This document shows, one piece after another, positions 36,455-40,893 of a stretch of DNA of 40,893 nucleotides. The translations under genes were made by a program, and so were the position numbers. Position 1 is the first letter of the stretch, and the number at the start of each line of letters is the position of its first letter. The DNA comes from a virus (lineage: Duplodnaviria; Caudoviricetes): IMG/VR virus record IMGVR_UViG_3300049009_000676, positions 1 to 40,893 of that record; one strand, 5' to 3'. The notes below the pieces were generated by a model. The model saw only the letters and a program-made list of their open reading frames with translations, had not been told where the DNA came from and searched no databases.

Positions 36455-36476
36455 AAAAATGGAGGCCAAGGCCTCC
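36455..36476 (-). terminator. Rho-independent terminator after the first early gene
   Basis: - strand GGAGGC-CTTG-GCCTCC-ATTTTT. Confidence 0.65.
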
Positions 36477-36489
36477 GTGGGGGTTGAGT

Positions 36490-37116
36490 TTACGCTGCGA
36501 CGGTGGTGAATTTGTAAGGGCCAAATTCTTTTGCGCCTTCAGCCTTCAGAGCCATGCGGAAGGCGATGTGCTTGCCCATGGGCAGACCCAGGCTGGAGAA
36601 GGCATTTGCGACGCTGCGGTAGGTGCGGCCAACACCGGCTGCATCAACCACTTGCACCTGGGTGCGCTGGGCGCGAGCCATCGCAACACTGGTGTCGGTC
36701 CAGCTCTTGGCGATTGCGGCGCTGCGGGTGGAGCTGTTGCCGACTTTGCGGAGGAGCTTGCCGAAGCCAGCGCCGCAGCCCATGCACTCAAACTCGTGGG
36801 TGTCATGGCGCAGGGGCTTGCCGTTGACGTCGTCGCCGTGCTGGCTGACACCGTTGCGGAGGTCGATGCCGCAGGAAGGGCAATCAACACAACCGTGGTC
36901 AGCGAAGCCAGACACTTGGGCGCGACGGTTGGCTTCGTGCTTGGCTTTGTTTTCGACTTCGCGCGCAGCAACCAAGGACTCAAGCAGCGCAGCGCAACGA
37001 CGCAAGCCGGTGGCGCGGTCAGCAAACTTCTTGATCTGCTTGTCAGCAGCGACGTTGGCGTTGTAGAACAGGACGAGTTCTGCGGAGGTGAAGGTAGCGA
37101 AGGTAGCGTTGTTCAT
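36490..37116 (-). CDS. Early hypothetical protein with Zn ribbon
   Basis: AGAAAGGA SD; CPSC...CMGC; N-terminal domain shared with 34846-35487. Confidence 0.8.
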   Translation of the reverse strand: MNNATFATFTSAELVLFYNANVAADKQIKKFADRATGLRRCAALLESLVAAREVENKAKHEANRRAQVSGFADHGCVDCPSCGIDLRNGVSQHGDDVNGKPLRHDTHEFECMGCGAGFGKLLRKVGNSSTRSAAIAKSWTDTSVAMARAQRTQVQVVDAAGVGRTYRSVANAFSSLGLPMGKHIAFRMALKAEGAKEFGPYKFTTVAA

Positions 37117-37160
37117 GGTAAGTTCCTTTCTGAGTGGCTTCGAGAATTTCTTGGCCTGTA

Positions 37161-37174
37161 CGAATTATGCCTGA
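37161..37174 (-). promoter_or_regulatory. Repeated -10-like promoter motif TCAGGCATAATTCG
   Basis: Related copies lie upstream of - strand genes at 35629-35642, 33914-33926 and 25633-25642. Confidence 0.55.
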
Positions 37175-37292
37175 GAAATTTTGCGTTTTTGGCACTTTTT
37201 TGAAAAAAGATGAAAAAAGTTGAAAATAATTTTTTTTGACGTGCCGAGAGCACCGAGAATTAGCGACTTACCAACCCAGAAAGGATAAATTG

Positions 37293-38228
37293 ATGAGTGC
37301 TGAATACGAGTTTTTAGACGCCTTGGCGCAGGGCGTTGCCCCTGAAGAGAGGCTGATTGTGTGCGGTTTTGGGGGTGACCCGGCGGCGGCTGGCCCTGCC
37401 GCGTGGAAACCTCGCCCATGGCGCGTCGGGACGGAGCTGAACCTGGGGCGGCAGTGGAATGCCTACGTCACGGTGGCCACTTTTGGGCGTGCCGGGGATG
37501 GTTCGTTCCGCCGCAGGACGGAAACATTCGGCTCGGGCAGGGCGTTGATGGTGGACGATGTTGGCACCAAGGTCAACCCAGTCCTCGTGCGCGATGTGCC
37601 GCCGAGCGTGCGCATTGAAACATCGCCGGGCAATGAGCAATGGTGGTACATCCTGGACCAGCCCGAGCGCGATGCGTCGCGGTTTGATGGGGTGATCCGA
37701 GCGTTCATCAGCAGCAAGTTGTTGGGCGCTGATCCGGGGATGAGCGGTGTGACGCGAGTGGGGCGGCTCCCCAACTACTACAACTGCAAACCAGCGTATG
37801 GCGGCTGGCGCGTGGAGATGCGTGAGCTCAGTGCTCGGCGATTCTCGCTCGATGAGTTGTTGGCAGCGTTCAGCCTCCAGATCAACGGACGCCGCATGAG
37901 CCGGGAAAAGCTGCTGACCGAGGACGCGCTGGAGCGCAACCGGGCATTCTTGGGCGCGTACAAATTCCTGGATGATCGGGGGATGTTGAAGCGTCACGAG
38001 CCAGACCGCAGCGGGTGGACCGAGATGCGGTGTCCTTGGGCGAGCGACCACACAGGCCGAGCCGACAATGGCGCGGCGTTGCGCGAGCCAGCTCCCGAGA
38101 ATGAACACTATGGAGCATTCCGCTGCCACCATGGCCACTGCATCGACAAGGGCTGGGCCGAGTTGACCGATTGGATTAACGACGAAGCGTTGGAAGAACT
38201 GGAACATGCAGCGAGGAGCTCAAAATGA
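37293..38228 (+). CDS. RepB-like DNA primase with C-terminal Zn finger
   Basis: Start ATG 37293 (AGAAAGGA SD); MVDDVGTK, IETSPGNEQWWY, RVGRLP, CPW...H...CHHGHC. Confidence 0.85.
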   Translation: MSAEYEFLDALAQGVAPEERLIVCGFGGDPAAAGPAAWKPRPWRVGTELNLGRQWNAYVTVATFGRAGDGSFRRRTETFGSGRALMVDDVGTKVNPVLVRDVPPSVRIETSPGNEQWWYILDQPERDASRFDGVIRAFISSKLLGADPGMSGVTRVGRLPNYYNCKPAYGGWRVEMRELSARRFSLDELLAAFSLQINGRRMSREKLLTEDALERNRAFLGAYKFLDDRGMLKRHEPDRSGWTEMRCPWASDHTGRADNGAALREPAPENEHYGAFRCHHGHCIDKGWAELTDWINDEALEELEHAARSSK

Positions 38229-38503
38229 CTGGATTTCAATCAAAGCGTCGCATGGCGCAGGACAAGCAGCACTGCTGCACGCAAGCGTGCGACCAAGGGC
38301 GTAACTGCCCACTCACCTATCGCTACCCACGCACACTGCGCGAGGCGTTCCCGTATTCAGATCAGGTCAAAATGGAGCTGGAGCTGGAGTCGGAGCGTCA
38401 TTTTATGCGTGAGGTGATGTTCTGGGGCGATGTGGTGCTCACAGGGCTGGGCATGATCGCGACGTTGTTGGTGGTTGCGTTTTGGTGGGGGTATTATTTA
38501 TGA
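38225..38503 (+). CDS. Hypothetical protein (Cys cluster, C-terminal TM)
   Basis: GAGGAG SD; CC..ACDQGRNCP; hydrophobic C-terminus; ATGA overlaps at both ends. Confidence 0.7.
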   Translation: MTGFQSKRRMAQDKQHCCTQACDQGRNCPLTYRYPRTLREAFPYSDQVKMELELESERHFMREVMFWGDVVLTGLGMIATLLVVAFWWGYYL

Positions 38504-38796
38504 CACTCTGCCCCGAATGCCGCGCGCACTCGACCGTGATGTCGACGCGCAGAACTGCGGCTGGTGTGCGTCGCCGATACGAGTGCGGCAATGAACATCG
38601 GTTCACCACTCACGAGGCGCTGGTGAACGCACCACCCAAACCACCACCCAAACCAAAGCCGGTGTCGACTGCGCTGGGAGCGTCGCCTGCATCTCGCCTG
38701 AGCATTTGGGACTTGCCGCCCTTGGTGCTTACCCCTGTCGACGCGAGCAGAGCTGGCGCTGATGACCATTTAAAATACAAAAGCAGAGGCGTCTGA
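38500..38796 (+). CDS. Zn-ribbon protein (NrdR N-terminal-like)
   Basis: Start ATG 38500; CPEC...V.STR....RRRYEC...HRFTT.E. Confidence 0.75.
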   Translation: MTLCPECRAHSTVMSTRRTAAGVRRRYECGNEHRFTTHEALVNAPPKPPPKPKPVSTALGASPASRLSIWDLPPLVLTPVDASRAGADDHLKYKSRGV

Positions 38797-40286
38797 TGCC
38801 AACAATTGAAGAACGCACCGCGATGCGGGAAGCCGCGCTGAAAGCCATGACCTCTGGGCAACGTCGGCTGGCGCGGCCTGAGGATTACGTGTACGACAAG
38901 GCGCAAGAAGCATTCTGGGACTTGCAGGATGGCACCCTGCACACCGAAAAGGCTGTGGACGCGAGCGTGCCTATTGAGCTATGGCGCGTGGAGGTGGAGG
39001 AAGCCCCACCCGAAGAAGCCCCACGAGGTCGAGGTCGACCCAGGCAAAGGCGCGAGCGACTTATCCCACCCAGCCGCGACATCATGCGCGTGGAGAATGA
39101 CCAATTTGTGGAGAGCAGCACGTGGTGGCCGGGCAAGACCCAGATCATCAAGGACTGGTTCATCGACAAGGATGGTTTTTACCCAGCCGCTGGGCGACGC
39201 GTCTACAACCAGTACAAAGGGCCACCCGCCATGGGCGGCGACCCCGAGGCGGCAGAGCCTTGGCTCGAACACGTGCGCAAGCTGTGGCCCGACCCCAAGG
39301 AGCACAATTTCTTTTTTGATTATTGCGCACAGATGGTGCAACAGCCGCAGGAAAAGTGCAATGCCGCCATTGTGCTTAGCGGCACGCAGGGCATCGGCAA
39401 GGATGCTGCGCTGATGCCTGTGAAGGCTGCTGCGGGAGCGTGGAACGTGAAGGGCATTGACCCCGACGAGCTGTTTTCGGCGTATCGGCCTTGGTTGCAG
39501 ACGCTGATGTTGACGATTGATGAGGTGCGCCCCACCAAGGATGAGTTCCACGCCTCCAGCATGTACAACATCCTGAAACCGATGATTGTGGCGCCTCCGG
39601 ACACGCTGCCGCTGAATGACAAGTACCAAAAGCTCCGGTACGTGATTAATGTGCTGCGGGTGTTCATCACCACCAATGATTGGATGGCTATGTACATCCC
39701 GGCTGAAGACCGACGCATGTTTATTATGCACAGCACGTTGCCGCAGAAGTGGCACGAGACAGAGGGCAAACCAGAGTATTTCGTGCGGCTGTTCGCTTGG
39801 CTCCAGCAGGGAGGGTGTGCCAACGTAGCTGCATGGCTCCAGGCACGCGATTTGTCCGGGTTTAATCCCAAAGCCCAGGTTGAGAAGACAATGGGCTGGG
39901 AGGCTGTTGCAAACACGTGGGGTGAACCCGAGGACGCCATCACGCTGGCCCTTGATCAGCTTGGGTCGCCGCAGGTGCTGTTCACGGCAGAGCTGCTGCG
40001 TGTGCAGTTTGACGGGAAAGAGGAGCTGGAGGGAATGCTCAAGTCGCCGCGCAAGATAGGGCATCGGATGCAACGGTCTGGGTATTTGGCGATGAAGCCG
40101 CCGAATGGTGATCCGCGTTGGGTTTTCCGACATGAAGGAGCATCGTTCAGTTCGCGCATGGCGTTTGTGAAGCAGGAATTGATGCGAGATTCGGCTGCCG
40201 CGCTCGATGCAGTGCGTTCCCATGGGAAGAAAGTTGCCGCGCTGATGGCTCGCCCGACTTTGATCTCTTCCAATAAAACCATGTGA
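38796..40286 (+). CDS. Primase-associated helicase (D5/DUF5906-like P-loop ATPase)
   Basis: Walker A SGTQGIGKD, IDEV, N.KY, ITTN, EDRR.F. Confidence 0.85.
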   Translation: MPTIEERTAMREAALKAMTSGQRRLARPEDYVYDKAQEAFWDLQDGTLHTEKAVDASVPIELWRVEVEEAPPEEAPRGRGRPRQRRERLIPPSRDIMRVENDQFVESSTWWPGKTQIIKDWFIDKDGFYPAAGRRVYNQYKGPPAMGGDPEAAEPWLEHVRKLWPDPKEHNFFFDYCAQMVQQPQEKCNAAIVLSGTQGIGKDAALMPVKAAAGAWNVKGIDPDELFSAYRPWLQTLMLTIDEVRPTKDEFHASSMYNILKPMIVAPPDTLPLNDKYQKLRYVINVLRVFITTNDWMAMYIPAEDRRMFIMHSTLPQKWHETEGKPEYFVRLFAWLQQGGCANVAAWLQARDLSGFNPKAQVEKTMGWEAVANTWGEPEDAITLALDQLGSPQVLFTAELLRVQFDGKEELEGMLKSPRKIGHRMQRSGYLAMKPPNGDPRWVFRHEGASFSSRMAFVKQELMRDSAAALDAVRSHGKKVAALMARPTLISSNKTM

Positions 40287-40300
40287 TTGCAGCAAAACGC

Positions 40301-40424
40301 ACCGAGATAACCAAGAAAACCAAGTTACTAATTGTTGGATATTTTCATAATTAAATTAATTATATTTAAGTAAAAGGTAACAAAGGGAAAACTTGGTTAA
40401 CTCGGCTATCTCGGTGAACTCGGT
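40301..40424. other. Candidate replication origin: inverted 9-bp iteron arrays around an AT-rich core
   Basis: Three direct RCCRAG-core 9-bp units (40301-40327), four inverted units (40389-40424), and a 23-nt pure A/T run (40347-40369). Confidence 0.65.
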
Positions 40425-40432
40425 AAAACAAG

Positions 40433-40852
40433 ATGCCAACACTTCCAAGCAACACATTATGCGCGGCATTCAACTGCCATGAGCTTAGATCGAAGCTGAA
40501 TAGTTATTGCCACATCCATGGCGGAAAAGATGCGTTGCCTGCAAGGCACACAGACAAACGCTACAACTCGCCAGCGTGGAGAAGCATTAGGAGGCGACAA
40601 CTCAGCACCCAACCCTTGTGCCAAGCATGTCTCACGCGAGGGCATATATGCGCGGCTGCTCATGTGGACCATCTGTTCCCGTGGACAACAGTCGGCGGCG
40701 AGTCATTCCTTCAGAACATATTCCAGAGCCTTTGCCAGCCTTGTCATAGCCACAAAACAGCCCTTGAACAACGCAATGTGATTGAACACTATGTTGATGA
40801 GGTCGTAACATATTCTGTTGAAGATTATGGATTTTTAATGAAAAATCGTTGA
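40433..40852 (+). CDS. HNH endonuclease, terminase-associated (HK97 gp74-like)
   Basis: Y.S..W...R...L...PLCQAC, VDH, QSLCQPCHSHKT..E; circularly adjacent to terS, as in cos phages. Confidence 0.9.
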   Translation: MPTLPSNTLCAAFNCHELRSKLNSYCHIHGGKDALPARHTDKRYNSPAWRSIRRRQLSTQPLCQACLTRGHICAAAHVDHLFPWTTVGGESFLQNIFQSLCQPCHSHKTALEQRNVIEHYVDEVVTYSVEDYGFLMKNR

Positions 40853-40893
40853 CTTTTTAGAAAATTTGGAGATTTTCTGAGAAACTTAAACAT

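Noticed and set aside
38979-40295. 438-aa - strand ORF, and similar long antisense ORFs such as 37314-38207, 27907-28755 and 28981-29802
   Set aside because: They mirror well-supported genes in GC-rich DNA; their composition is typical of antisense shadows.
40433-40852. HNH as a mobile homing endonuclease
   Set aside because: Size, motifs and position before terS match the packaging-associated HNH of cos phages.
40849-40877. TTGACT as a sigma70 -35 for a late promoter
   Set aside because: No credible -10 hexamer at 16-18 nt spacing.
1-40893. Lysogeny module, tRNA genes, alternative genetic code
   Set aside because: No integrase or repressor motifs; no cloverleaf seen in the few intergenic gaps; genes are full length in the standard code.

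Overview
The window is an apparently near-complete ~40.9 kb tailed dsDNA phage genome (siphovirus-type, HK97-like head, probably cos-packaging). It starts at the small terminase and ends at the terminase-associated HNH nuclease. No integrase, repressor, tRNA or CRISPR array is visible, so it looks lytic. The + strand 57-23811 encodes packaging, head, tail, fibre and lysis genes. Unusually, it has two tandem major-capsid paralogs and two tandem tail-tube paralogs, plus a G/GT -1 frameshift, a repeat-punctuated fibre, and a 3x Trp repeat shared by two tail proteins. The - strand 37116-23867 encodes early genes and a candidate novel nucleotide/DNA-modification cluster: UGM-like flavoprotein, motif-altered ThyX, DenV, HAD/helical fusion, SDR and VOC enzyme. 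That cluster runs by overlapping stop/start codons into a DnaQ exonuclease and a family-C (DnaE) polymerase, followed by a nuclease, SNF2 helicase and an SSB-like gene preceded by an H-type pseudoknot. The + strand 37293-40852 encodes a split primase and helicase, an iteron-flanked AT-rich origin candidate, and the HNH nuclease. All family assignments are from motif recognition by eye; no searches were run.
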